Shown: positions 1 to 11,616 of the stretch, piece by piece
Layout: each line of letters begins with the position of its first letter
How positions within the stretch are numbered: the stretch's first letter is position 1
Assembly (NCBI GenBank): GCA_964016885.1
Contig: OZ024740.1
Location: 316,076,001 to 316,140,000 of the forward strand
Reading direction: 5' to 3'
DNA from: Eledone cirrhosa
Taxonomy: Eukaryota
Length of the DNA: 64,000 nt
Notes under the pieces: generated by a model
Databases searched by the model: none
Seen by the model: the letters and a program-made list of their open reading frames with translations, nothing else
What the model was told of the DNA's origin: nothing
Position numbers and translations under genes: made by a program

Positions 1-36
1 ATACAGTATATATATATATATACATACACATATACA

Positions 37-72
<36 letters not shown>

Positions 73-183
73 TGTATATATATATATATATATATATATA
101 CTGTATATATATATATATATATATACTGTATATATATATATATATATATATATACTGTATATATATATATATATATATATATA
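1..183. repeat. (TA)n microsatellite punctuated by TACTGTA/TACAGTA
   Basis: Directly visible; the same compound array recurs at 3777-3936, 4208-4590, 4937-5030, 5832-5981, 6153-6690, 10192-10365 and 10697-11220. Confidence 0.98.
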
Positions 184-622
184 CGATATTAAATAAATGG
201 AAACTATATTTATAAAACCATATTTATTTCATTATATATATTTCAGGGATATCATATTAACAATATGTTATGCCTTCTTCAGACAAAATACAATATAGAC
301 AGTTTTATAGATAAATAGATTTGACATACCGTTCAACATCGACTTGTATTTGAAAAAGTTGATTTTCAAATACAAGTCGACGTTGAACGGTATGTCAAAT
401 CTATTTATCTATAAAACTGTCTATATTGTATTTTGTCTGAAGAAGGCATAACATATTGTTAATATGATATCCCTGAAATATATATAATGAAATAAATATG
501 GTTTTATAAATATAGTTTCCATTTATTTAATATCGTAAATATACTCCAAATACTTGTTGAGTGCTTTTATATCAGTTATAAATATTTACTAGTTGTAACC
601 CAACAATTTAAATATAACTTTC
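182..622 (+). mobile_element. Fold-back Penelope-like pLTR fragment (175-bp palindrome arms plus unpaired 3' extension)
   Basis: 182-356 is the reverse complement of 363-537 (one mismatch seen, 6-nt loop AGTTGA); contains a hammerhead motif overlapping AATAAA; flanked by (TA)n. Confidence 0.7.
429..494 (+). ncRNA. Type I hammerhead ribozyme motif (mirror copy on - strand at 225-290)
   Basis: Stem I TATTTTGT/ATGAAATA (2 GU pairs), core CTGAAGA 437-443, stem II AGG..CATATT-GTT-AATATG..CCT, GAAA 475-478, palindromic stem III A-TATATA-T, predicted cleavage after A486. Confidence 0.75.
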
Positions 623-644
623 CATATATATATATATATATAGT

Positions 645-3600
645 ATCATCATCATCATCATTTTACGTCCGCTTTTCCCTGCTTGCAAGGGTGGGACGGG
701 TCTTATTCAGCACAGCATCTCTCCACTCATCACAGTCCTTTGTCATCTCCACCGTGAGCTTCAATGATCTGAGGTCTGTTCTCACCACCTCCGCCCATGT
801 TTTTCGTGGTCTACCTCTACCACGTCTTCCTTCAACTGGCATTTCCTGGCACTTCTTCACGCATCGGTCATCCTCCATGCGCATCACATGTCCATACCAC
901 CTCAGTCTCCTCTCCCGTATACTACATTCTATCCCTCTCAGACACAGTTTCTCTCTCAACACATTTATGCTGGGTCATTCACGCACATTTACACTGCACA
1001 TCCAACGGAGCATGCTTGCCTCATTTCTCTCCAGCCATCGCATATCCTCTGCAGTTGCTGTCCATGTCTCACTACCATGCAGCATCATACAACCGGCCTT
1101 TCGTACGCAGGGAGAAACCCTTCTTCGTCAACAGAGGAAGCAGCTCCCTAAACTTCTTCCAACCCATCCTTATTCTAGATACTATGGCCTCGGAACACCC
1201 TCCTCCCATGCTAATCTGATCTCCTAGGTACCGGAAGCTATCCACCACTTCTATAGCGCCCTCCTGCATTTGAAAAATGTGTCTATCAATGCGACTTCTA
1301 CTGTCTAATTTCCCTGTACATCTACTGCATACATATTTCTCCCTACCTGTTAGTTTGCCTGCTATCCCACTACATCTCTTGTGTATCCAGGATCTGCATT
1401 GTGTGCATTTTATAGAATTTATGCCAGTTCCTTTTCTGCATATCGAACATGGCCATTTCCCTGATGGAATCAGGGTTTTGTCCTCTTTTCTACTCATCAA
1501 CACTTTGTCTTAGCTAGGTTCACTCTCAGTCCTCTTGCTTCCAACTGCTGTTTCCATAGCCAGAATTTATTCTCTAGCTCCTCTACTGATTCTGCTATAA
1601 GAGCCAGATTGTCAGCATAGAGAAGTTCCCATGGAGAGCCAGTCTTAAACTCCTCTGTTATGGCTTGGAGGACTATAATGAACAAGAGCGGGCTGAGGAC
1701 CGAAGCCTGATGTACTCCTACTTGTATCTGGAATTCCTCACTAAACTCCATTCCTACCCTGACTTTACTGACAGCACCTCTGTGCAAAGTTTGCACTGTC
1801 CTCACAAGCCATTTCTCAACACCTAGCTTCCTTAGGGACCACCAGATGACAGATCGGGGTACCCTATCAAAGGCCTTCTCTAGGTCAACAAAGGCTAAGT
1901 ATAGTGGCTTATTCTTCTCTAAGAACCTCTCTTGCATTTGTCTCACCAAGAAGAGGGCATCTGTTGTACTCTTCCCAGGCACAAAACCAAACTGCATCTC
2001 ATCTAGTTTGACTCTTTCTCTAATTAGTTGTGCTAAAATCCTTTCTGCCACTTTCATAACTTGATCTATCAGTTTTATACCCCTATAATTGCTCCTCTCC
2101 AGAGCATCCTCTTTACCTTTGTAGCAATTTATGAGAATACTGCTGCACCAGTCTTTGGGTATGACACCACCATATATAGCCTGATTGATGATGCGTGCAA
2201 CCAGTTTAGTGCCTACGTCCCCTGATGCCTTCAGCATCTCAGCAACTATTCCCGATGGTCCGGCAGCCTTACCATTTTTCATTTCCCTAATCGCCTCTTG
2301 GACCCTATATTCATCAATCTCAATAGCTGGTCCCTCTGTCGGATCTACCAAGGGTAATTTCTCTCTCTCCCATTTGTTCTCCACATTCATCAGTCTCTCA
2401 TAATGACATTTCCAGGCCTCCTTTTTCTGATCATTCGTGACACTAAGTACACCGGCATCATCCCGGACTCATTTATCTCCAACAACATCCTGATTTGCAT
2501 TGACACACTGCCTTGCAATGTGGAACACCGCATGCCTCTGATCTTCCTGTCGCAGAACATTGGCAAACCTCCTACTCTCTGCCTCCCTGCGTGCTAAGTA
2601 CACCTGACGTCTAGCTTCTCTCTTAGTGGCTGTATATTCTTCCCTACTCCCACCCTTTTTCCAAGCCTTCCATGCTAGTCTTTTGTCTCTAATAGCCTTA
2701 TCTACTGTGCTGTTCCACCACCAGGTCACTCTCTGTCTGGTTGGAGCTCTGCTCCAGCCACAAGTTTCATCAGTAGCCTGCAGCAAGTTGTCACGTAAGA
2801 AATTCCAGTTATTATCTATGTCATACGTCTCTAAACCGTCTTCTTTTTCGTCATATACATCTTGAAGGGCTTTCCTAAATTTGTATTTTAGTGAAAGGTC
2901 TTTTAGCTTCCAGACCTTTCTTCTCCACACCTTCCTATATGTCTCATTCCATCTCTCGCTTACTGAGATATCACTAACAACTAACCTATGCTGTGGGGTA
3001 CATTCTTCCCCAGGGTATGCCTTGGTATTAGACACTATCTGCCTGTCCCGCTGCCTAACTAGTAAGAAGTCAATCTGGCTTATGTGCTCACCAGATTTGT
3101 AGGTTATTAGGTGATTGGCAGGTTTCTGGAAGTTTGTGTTGCAAATAGTCAATGTACCTGCATCACAAAATTCAAGAAGTCTCACTCCTTCTTCATTTCT
3201 TGAACCGTAACCGTGCCCACCATGTACCCCAGTGTAACCATCCTGGAGCTGTCCAACATGACCATTGAAGTCTCCTGCTAGCATAACGATGTCTCCGTCT
3301 TCTGTCATTGCGGTTGTTTGTAAAAGTTGCTCATAAAAGCAGTCTTTCTCATCTTTGCCTAGGCCTGCTTGGGGAGCATAGGCCGAGATGATTGTCAGTA
3401 GTCTCCTGCCTACAACTAATCTAAGCTTAATTATTCGATTACTAACTCGAACTACCTCTATTGTCTTATCGATCCATTTCTCAGCCAGGAAAATGCCTAC
3501 TCCTCCTAACCCATCATCCTTACTTACCCAGAATAGCTTATAGCTAAGACGTTTGCCTACTACTAGTCTCGCAGAGGCACCTCTCCATCTCACCTCTTGC

Positions 3601-3776
3601 ACGCAGCACACATCCACCTGCTTTCTCTCCAGCATCACCACTATTTCAGCAGATGTACCTCTGAGAGTGCCAACATTAAGTGTTGCAACTCTGAGATGCG
3701 ACATCTTCATATTTTGTTGCTGTGCTGATAAGCGTTTTGGCATTGATACACTGGTTGGATGCCCTTCCTAACACCA
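645..3776 (-). mobile_element. RTE-clade LINE family 1, near full length, frameshifted (APE endonuclease + RT + PHD finger)
   Basis: ORF pieces 2469-3743 (TLNVG, QEVRW, SAYAPQ, GDFNGH, QIDF), 1497-2390 (NYRGI, QFGF, FVDLEKAFD, LLYADN), 1072-1503 and 663-962 (RLRWYGHV, GRPRKTW); (GAT)n 3' tail. Confidence 0.95.
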
Positions 3777-3812
<36 letters not shown>

Positions 3813-3822
3813 TGTATATGTG

Positions 3823-3854
<32 letters not shown>

Positions 3855-3865
3855 CTGTATATGTG

Positions 3866-3900
<35 letters not shown>

Positions 3901-3904
3901 TGTG

Positions 3905-3936
<32 letters not shown>

Positions 3937-4207
3937 GGCCGAAACAAACGAGATCGTGTAGGTGTCACGACAAAAAAACACACAGTCCACGCTGTAATGT
4001 GGCCGTGTAGGCAACACGGTAAAAACCTCCCAGACCCACACTGTAAATGTGGTTGGTGTTAGGAAGGGCATCCAACTGTAGAAAACCTGCCAGACAGTCC
4101 TATGCGAGCAAGACAATCACTCTTGCCTCAAGTGGGACTACCCCCGTCCAAACCCATGCAAGCGTGGAACACGGACGTTAAACATTGATGATGATGATGA
4201 TGATGAT
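3937..4207 (+). mobile_element. 5'-truncated RTE family 2 copy (3' UTR only)
   Basis: Nearly identical to 20575-20835 and 34933-35200; (TGA)n tail. Confidence 0.9.
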
Positions 4208-4260
4208 ATATATACTGTATATGTGTATATATATATATATACATATATATACTGTATATG

Positions 4261-4298
<38 letters not shown>

Positions 4299-4332
4299 CT
4301 GTATATATATATATATATACACACATATACAG

Positions 4333-4364
<32 letters not shown>

Positions 4365-4373
4365 CACATATAC

Positions 4374-4442
<69 letters not shown>

Positions 4443-4516
4443 TGTATATATGTATATATACATACACATATACAATATATATACTGTATATATGTATATA
4501 TACATACACATATACA

Positions 4517-4592
<76 letters not shown>

Positions 4593-4935
4593 GGAGGCAC
4601 ATGGCTTAGTGGTTAGAGCATTGGCCTTGCAATCGAAAGGTTGTGAGTTCAATTCTCAGACCGGGTGATGTGTTGTTTCCTTGAGCAAGACACTTTATTT
4701 CACATTGCTCCAGTTTACTCAGCTGTAGAAATGAGATGATAGGGGCTGGGGTCCCTATCATTCCACTGCAAAGTGGTCGTGGAGGTGCCACGGCAAAAAA
4801 ACACCCAGCACTCACTGTAAATGAGGTTGGTGTTAGGAAGGGCATCCAGCTGTAGAAATCAAGCCAGAATCAGTTCCCGTCCCACCCTTGCAAGCAGGGA
4901 AAAGCGGACGTAAAATGAAATGAAATGAAAAATGA
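4593..4935 (+). mobile_element. tRNA-headed SINE family A (CORE-like body, RTE-derived tail)
   Basis: A box TGGCTTAGTGG, B box GAGTTCAATTC, CCTTGAGCAAGACACTT core-like segment; last ~43 nt identical to the 3' end of RTE family 1. Confidence 0.9.
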
Positions 4936-4972
4936 ATACACATATACAGTATATATATATATACATATACAG

Positions 4973-5004
<32 letters not shown>

Positions 5005-5030
5005 GTATATATATATATATATATATATAC

Positions 5031-5218
5031 GTTATTCCGGGTTGAATCGGAGGTAACCACAGTAAGTAAGGTACTCAATACATAGCAGAGTATAAAGGTT
5101 TTAATATAGATGAGATTCTACAGGACTAGAACTGTTTCATTCTTTAGAAATCATCAGGAATCTCCTGATGATTTCTAAAGAATGAAACAGTTTTAGTCCT
5201 GTAGAATCTCATCTATAT
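5031..5218 (-). mobile_element. Second fold-back Penelope-like pLTR fragment
   Basis: 5104-5159 is the reverse complement of 5163-5218 (one mismatch, 3-nt loop); unpaired extension 5031-5103; sits in (TA)n. Confidence 0.65.
5112..5164 (-). ncRNA. Type I hammerhead ribozyme motif
   Basis: Minus strand reads GAGATTC-CTGATGA-TTTC-TAAA-GAAT-GAAA-CAG-TTCTAGTC-CTG-TA-GAATCTC: 7-bp stem I, intact core, GUA cleavage triplet. Confidence 0.8.
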
Positions 5219-5267
5219 ATATATATATACATACACATATACACTATATATATATATATATATATAT

Positions 5268-5835
5268 GGTGGCTGCCAACTCGTTTTCGAGTATGGCCAC
5301 TACTTTATATCCATCCTACTGATGTGCTGAACGAGTGTGACTTTTTAGTCCAGCCAGCGACTTGAAAACTCTGGTACAAACACTACACTTGTGACAATTA
5401 TTGACACATAGTGCTGGGCCCATGGTACCATGTGACGACAAGTGCAGAGAGATCTCCAGATATAAAGCAATGCCTGTGCCGTGAAGCTTTTATAGTGAGC
5501 AAAGGCACTGCACAAAGCCAGTCCCACTCTCTTAACCAAAATGATATTTACCAAAAAGAAGAACAAGTCAACATCATTGGATACCATCAGGGTTGCAGGT
5601 GTTATATCAGAGTTTTCCTTCTCCTAGAATTCTGCCTTGACAAAGGCTAAGGGGTCATCTCTCCCGGTGATTTTGGATGGCCATTGACTCCTTAAGAGCT
5701 CCTTTGACCTTTGACAGGTTTTGTTTTTAGTCCTGCAGGATGTCCAAAGTCACCCTCCTCACCAAGAAACCTTGGTGGGGTTGCCAGTTTAGTCGTCAGC
5801 GACCCGACCATGAGACAGGTTCTACTGGGATACAT
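5268..5835 (-). mobile_element. Non-coding interspersed repeat, probably derived from an RTE 5' UTR
   Basis: Homologous to 29405-29993 in opposite orientation; contains CTAGGAGAAGGAAAACTCTG, which resembles RTE 5' UTR motifs. Confidence 0.6.
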
Positions 5836-5892
5836 GTGTATGTATGTATGTATATATATATATACACATACACATATACAGTATATATATAT

Positions 5893-5976
<84 letters not shown>

Positions 5977-5980
5977 ATAT

Positions 5981-6153
5981 ATTCGGGTCCTCGATTTTCA
6001 GCCCCATGGATTTTATCTATTACATTCACGTATTATATTTCGAATACCTGATGATATCACCGGATTCATACGGAACCCGGTCATTGAAATGATCATAGTA
6101 TAATAAACCTTTCAAGGATTTACTCAAATCCACCCTCCTGTCATTTCATTATA
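5981..6153 (+). mobile_element. Solo Penelope-like pLTR fragment in (TA)n
   Basis: ~170-bp unique island between TA arrays carrying a hammerhead followed by AATAAA. Confidence 0.6.
6044..6101 (+). ncRNA. Type I hammerhead ribozyme motif
   Basis: ATAC-CTGATGA(6048-6054)-stem II with ACCGG/CCGGT-GAAA(6086-6089)-TGATCA-TA-GTAT; palindromic stem III ATGATCAT. Confidence 0.75.
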
Positions 6154-6224
6154 ATATGTGTATATATATATATATATATACTGTATATGTGTATGTATAT
6201 ATATATATATATACTGTATATGTG

Positions 6225-6428
<204 letters not shown>

Positions 6429-6429
6429 C

Positions 6430-6465
<36 letters not shown>

Positions 6466-6466
6466 C

Positions 6467-6507
<41 letters not shown>

Positions 6508-6571
6508 TGTATGTGTGTATATATATATATATATATACTGTATATGTGTATATATATATATATAAATATAC

Positions 6572-6609
<38 letters not shown>

Positions 6610-6610
6610 C

Positions 6611-6646
<36 letters not shown>

Positions 6647-6689
6647 CTGTATATATGTGTGTGTATATATATATACTGTATATGTGTAT

Positions 6690-9600
6690 ATCATCATCAT
6701 CATCAACGTTTAACGTCCGTATTCCACGCTTGCATGGGTTTGGACGGGGGTTTCCCACTTGAGGCAAGAGTGATTATCTTGCTTGCATAGGACTATCTGT
6801 CGGGTTTTCTACAGCTGGATGCCCTTCCTAACACCAACCACATTTACAGTGTGGGGCTGGGAGGTTTTTACCGTGTTGCCTACACGGCCACATTACAGCG
6901 TGAACTGTGTGTTTTTTTTATCGTGACACCTACACGATCTCATTTGTTTCGGCCTGGATGTTGTGGCACCAATATAACTTTACATTGAAAGGGGCGGTGT
7001 GGATGGGGTGGGGGTGGTGGGACGGAGTGTATTTTGTTAGAGATGCCTACTGACTGTAGTAGGTTTTACTTTATATTTAGGTAAGGCGGGTCTTCTCTAT
7101 TACTGAGTACCGCCAAATTTCTCGGTCCAGTGACATTGTCTTGGAGAGGTGTAAGTGTGTGAGGTCGGAATTTATCAGCTCGTCCCAGGTTTTTCTGGGT
7201 CTGCCTATTTCGTGGCTACCGTCTATCTTTATTGCCCTGCACTTTGTTATACAGCTATCGTCCTTCATGCGCATCACGTGACCATACCAACGTAGCCTTC
7301 TCTCGAGTAAACAACATCTGATCCCTCTTATTTCTAATTTTTTCCTTAGTTCGTTTATGCTTTGCCGTTCACGTATATTACTATTACACATCCAGCGGAG
7401 CATGCAAGCTTCGTTTCTCTCTAGTCTGCGTATATCCTCTGCACACAATGCCCAGGTCTCACTGCCATGCAACATTGCTGTTCGTATGCAGGCATCATAC
7501 AACCTGCCTTTCATTCTTAGGGAGAACCCTTTAGCGGCTAATAGTGGTATAATCTCTCTGAACTTTTTCCATCCAGTTCTGACTCTAGCTACTGTACTTT
7601 CAGAGCACCCTCCCCCACTGCTGATTTTGTCGCCCAGGTAACGGAAGCTGTCCACTATTTCTATAGAACCCTCTGCGCAATTGAAAGAGCTAGTATTTTG
7701 TGGGCACTTGCTGCTACTTATTGCCCCAGAACACCGGCCACATGTAAATTCTATGTTCTTAGTTAGCTTACCTGTGATCCCACTACATCTTTTATGCACC
7801 CATACTTTGCATTTGGGACACAAAATGGAGTTTCTACCTACGCCTTTCCTACACACTGAGCATGGCCACTTCCCAGAGGGGACCGCCGCCTTATTTTCTT
7901 TCTTACAAACTAGAACTTTAGTCTTAGCCAGGTTAATTTTAAGGCCTTTTGATTCTAGGCCGTGCTTCCATGTTTTGGAATTTCTTCTCTAGCTCGGCCA
8001 TTGATTCAGCTATGAGCGTTAGATCATCTGCGTATAGGAGTTCCCATGGGCAGCCGGTCTTGAACTCCACTGTTATAGCCTGGAGGGCAATAATAAATAG
8101 TAGGGGGCTAAGAACAGAGCCCTGATGAACACCAACTTTTACACTAAACTCTTCACTATATTCGTTGTTAATTCTAACCTTGCTGACTGTTTCTTTATAC
8201 ATGGCTTGTATAGCTCTCACAAGCCATTCATCAACACCTAGTTTTCTAAGAGCCCACCAGATAATGGAGCGGGGGACTCTGTCAAAGGCTTTCTCCAACT
8301 CAACAAAAGCTAAATATAGGGGTTTACTTTTAGCTAGGTACTTCTCCTGTAGTTGTCGTACAATGAAAAGAGCGTCTGTGGTACTTTTTCCTGACACAAA
8401 CCCGAACTGCATTTCATCTAGATCAATTCGCTCTCTGATTAGTTGCGCTATTACTTTTTCCGTGACCTTCATGACCTGGTCGATTAATTTAATGCCTCTA
8501 TAGTTACTCCTATCTAGGGCATCTCCTTTACCCTTATAACAGTTAATGATAATGCTGCTACGCCAGTCCTTCGGAACAACCCCATTCTGTATGACTTGGT
8601 TGACTATCCGGGTGACCATGGTGTGTCCCACCGTACCAGATGCCTTCAGCATCTCGGCAACTATTTCCGAAGGCCCAGCCGCCTTGCCTGTCTTCATATC
8701 TTTGATTGCCTTACTTATTATACTACCCTCGACTAACACTGCTGGTCCCTCTATTGGGTCGATGTGGGGGAGACTGTCTTTCTCCCATTTATTCTCCTCA
8801 TTTAGTAGCCTTTCATAGTGACACTTCCAAGCTACCTTCTTATCAGCGTCGGTGATGGCAAGTACGCCGTCATCATTAAGTACACACTTCTCCCCGACAA
8901 TATCACTGTTTTCCTTGACACATTGCCTAGCAATCCTGAACACCTCACGTTTTTGGTCCTCACGTTGTAGAACATGCTTGAACTTTCTTTCTTCTGCTTC
9001 CCTTCTTGCGAAGTACACTTGTCTCCTAGCTTCCCTCCTGGCCACTTGATAGTCTTCTCTGCTTCCCCCATCCCGCCATACTTTCCAAGCCTGCTTTTTG
9101 GCCTTAATTGACCCCTCCACCTTACTGTTCCACCACCATGTTACTCTCCTCCTGCCTACAGGCCTGCTCCAGCCACAGACTTCGTCTGCCGCCGTCAGCA
9201 GGTTTGCTTTCAGGAATTCCCACTGTTCCTCTACCTTGTACGACTCTAATTGCTCTTCCTTACTGTCGAAAGCATCAAGTAATATGCTTTGAAATTTATT
9301 TTTGGCTGTGGGGTCCTTTAGCTTCCATATTTTTCTACTGAGGATAGTCCTCTTCTGTTGTCTAGTACGTCTCGTCCTGACTATTAGGTCGCTAATTATC
9401 AGTCTATGTTGGGAGGTGCATTCTTCATGGCGGAGGGATTTAGTGTTTACAACAGTCACTCTGTCATGTCTTCTGGTAAGGATATAATCTACCTGGCTGA
9501 TATGTTCCCCTGATCTGTAGGTGATCAAGTGATTGTCTCGTTTTTTGAAGTTAGTGTTGCAGATAGTTAGGTTATTTGCGTCACAGAATTCCAGGATTCT

Positions 9601-9932
9601 GGAGCCTTCCTCATTTCTAGTACCAAACCCATAGCCTCCATGGATTTCGTCGTAGCCGTCACAATGTTGTCCAACGTGACCGTTTAGGTCGCCTGCAATA
9701 ATTATATAGTCACTGTTGGTTATTTGGGAGGTAGTGAGCATCAGTGTCTTATAGAATCTGTCTTTTATAGTGCTGGGCAGTCCGGATTGGGGTGCGTACG
9801 CAGATATTACTGTCACCATAGTTCTATTGAGGACAAGTCTTATTTTAATTATTCTATCGTTCACTCTATTTACGTCTATTATCTTATCTGCCCACTTTTC
9901 TGCTTCACCCAGCCCATTGTCATTTCCCACCC
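6690..9932 (-). mobile_element. RTE-clade LINE family 2, 5'-truncated, one frameshift near 7980
   Basis: ORFs 7939-9930 (APE + RT, LLYADD) and 7077-7856 (PHD finger, RLRWYGHV); ~380-bp 3' UTR and (GAT)n tail. Confidence 0.95.
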
Positions 9933-9947
9933 AATATATATATATAT

Positions 9948-10187
9948 AAAATAAAGCTAAATTTTAAACATTTGACTCAACAACATATGTACTTGTCTAT
10001 ACCACACTAATTGTGGCTCTCACTGAAATATATATAGCAGTAATAAACAAAGGTAAATTTTAAACATTTGACTTTTTATTTAACTTTCTTTATTTTACAT
10101 AACTCCGGAGTAACCAAACCAACCTGCGCACTTCGTCGAGTGCTCCAGCCTGCATACTGAGGTGTTGGTATACAACCAACATATACT

Positions 10188-10192
<5 letters not shown>
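9948..10192. mobile_element. Possible rearranged PLE pLTR remnant
   Basis: Unique island in (TA)n with hairpin CCACA..TGTGG then GAAA-TATATA-TA and AATAAA (3' half of a hammerhead); CTGANGA core missing. Confidence 0.3.
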
Positions 10193-10225
<33 letters not shown>

Positions 10226-10261
10226 ATATATATATATACTGTATATGTGTATATATATATA

Positions 10262-10302
<41 letters not shown>

Positions 10303-10365
10303 ATATATATATATACTGTATATGTGTATATATATATATATATGTGTATATATATATATATATGT

Positions 10366-10697
10366 GGAGGCACATGGCTTAGTGGTTAGAGCATTGGCCT
10401 TGCAATCGAAAGGTTGTGAGTTCAATTCTCAGACTGGGTGATGTGTTGTTTCCTTGAGCAAGACACTTTATTTCACATTGCTCCAGTTTACTCAGCTGTA
10501 GAAATGAGATGATAGGGACTGGGGTCCATATCATTCCACTGCAAAGTGGTCGTGGAGGTGCCACGGCAAAAAAGCACCCAGCACTCACTGTAAATGAGGT
10601 TGGTGTTAGGAAGGGCATCCAGCTGTAGAAATCAAGCCAGAATCAGTTCCCGTCCCACCCTTGCAAGCAGGGAAAAAGTGGACGTAAATGAAATGAT
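10366..10697 (+). mobile_element. SINE family A
   Basis: Near-identical to 4593-4935. Confidence 0.92.
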
Positions 10698-10705
10698 ATA
10701 TATAC

Positions 10706-10752
<47 letters not shown>

Positions 10753-10758
10753 TGTATA

Positions 10759-10792
<34 letters not shown>

Positions 10793-10891
10793 CTGTATAT
10801 GTGTGTGTATATATATATATATATACTGTATATGTGTATATATATATATATACTCTGTATATGTGTGTATATATATATATATACTGTATAT

Positions 10892-10931
<40 letters not shown>

Positions 10932-11073
10932 TGTATATGTGTGTGTATATATATATACTGTATATGTGTGTATATATATATATACTGTATATGTGTGTGT
11001 ATATATATATGTGTGTATATATATATATACTGTATATGTGTGTGTATATATATATATATATATATACTGTATA

Positions 11074-11112
<39 letters not shown>

Positions 11113-11616
11113 TGTTATATATATATATATATATGTGTGTGTGTATATATATATATATATATGTGTGTGTGTATATATATATATATGTGTGTGTACATAT
11201 ATATATATAATATATATATTTGTTTTGTTTCTTGTTCAAATTTTGTACTTCAAGACACAAATGTGCTTGGCAGGCTGAGAAACATCTGTTCCAAGAGTGC
11301 ATATATACACACACACATCTATTATATACTAAAATGCACATGTCCTCAAATACACAAACACAAATAAACAAATATATATATACAAATCTATGAATACATC
11401 TACCTACACACACCCTTGCACACGCATGGATATTCACACACTGCTAAACAAACAAAAATACTAAAATCTATAATATAAATTGTATTCCTTAACTGTTTCA
11501 ATTGCCGTGGGAGTATTACAATAAAGACAGAAAAGGGGAAATCATTTTACCAGGTTAATCAAATTAAGAGTGAAGATTGAGAAACTACATATGTTATCTA
11601 AATGCTATAATTTTTC

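Noticed and set aside
691-3771. Short + strand ORFs over the LINE (also antisense ORFs over other RTE copies)
   Set aside because: Antisense shadows of the RTE coding sequence with no independent motifs
4593-4665. tRNA gene
   Set aside because: A/B boxes present but no convincing acceptor stem or terminator; it continues into a multi-copy SINE body
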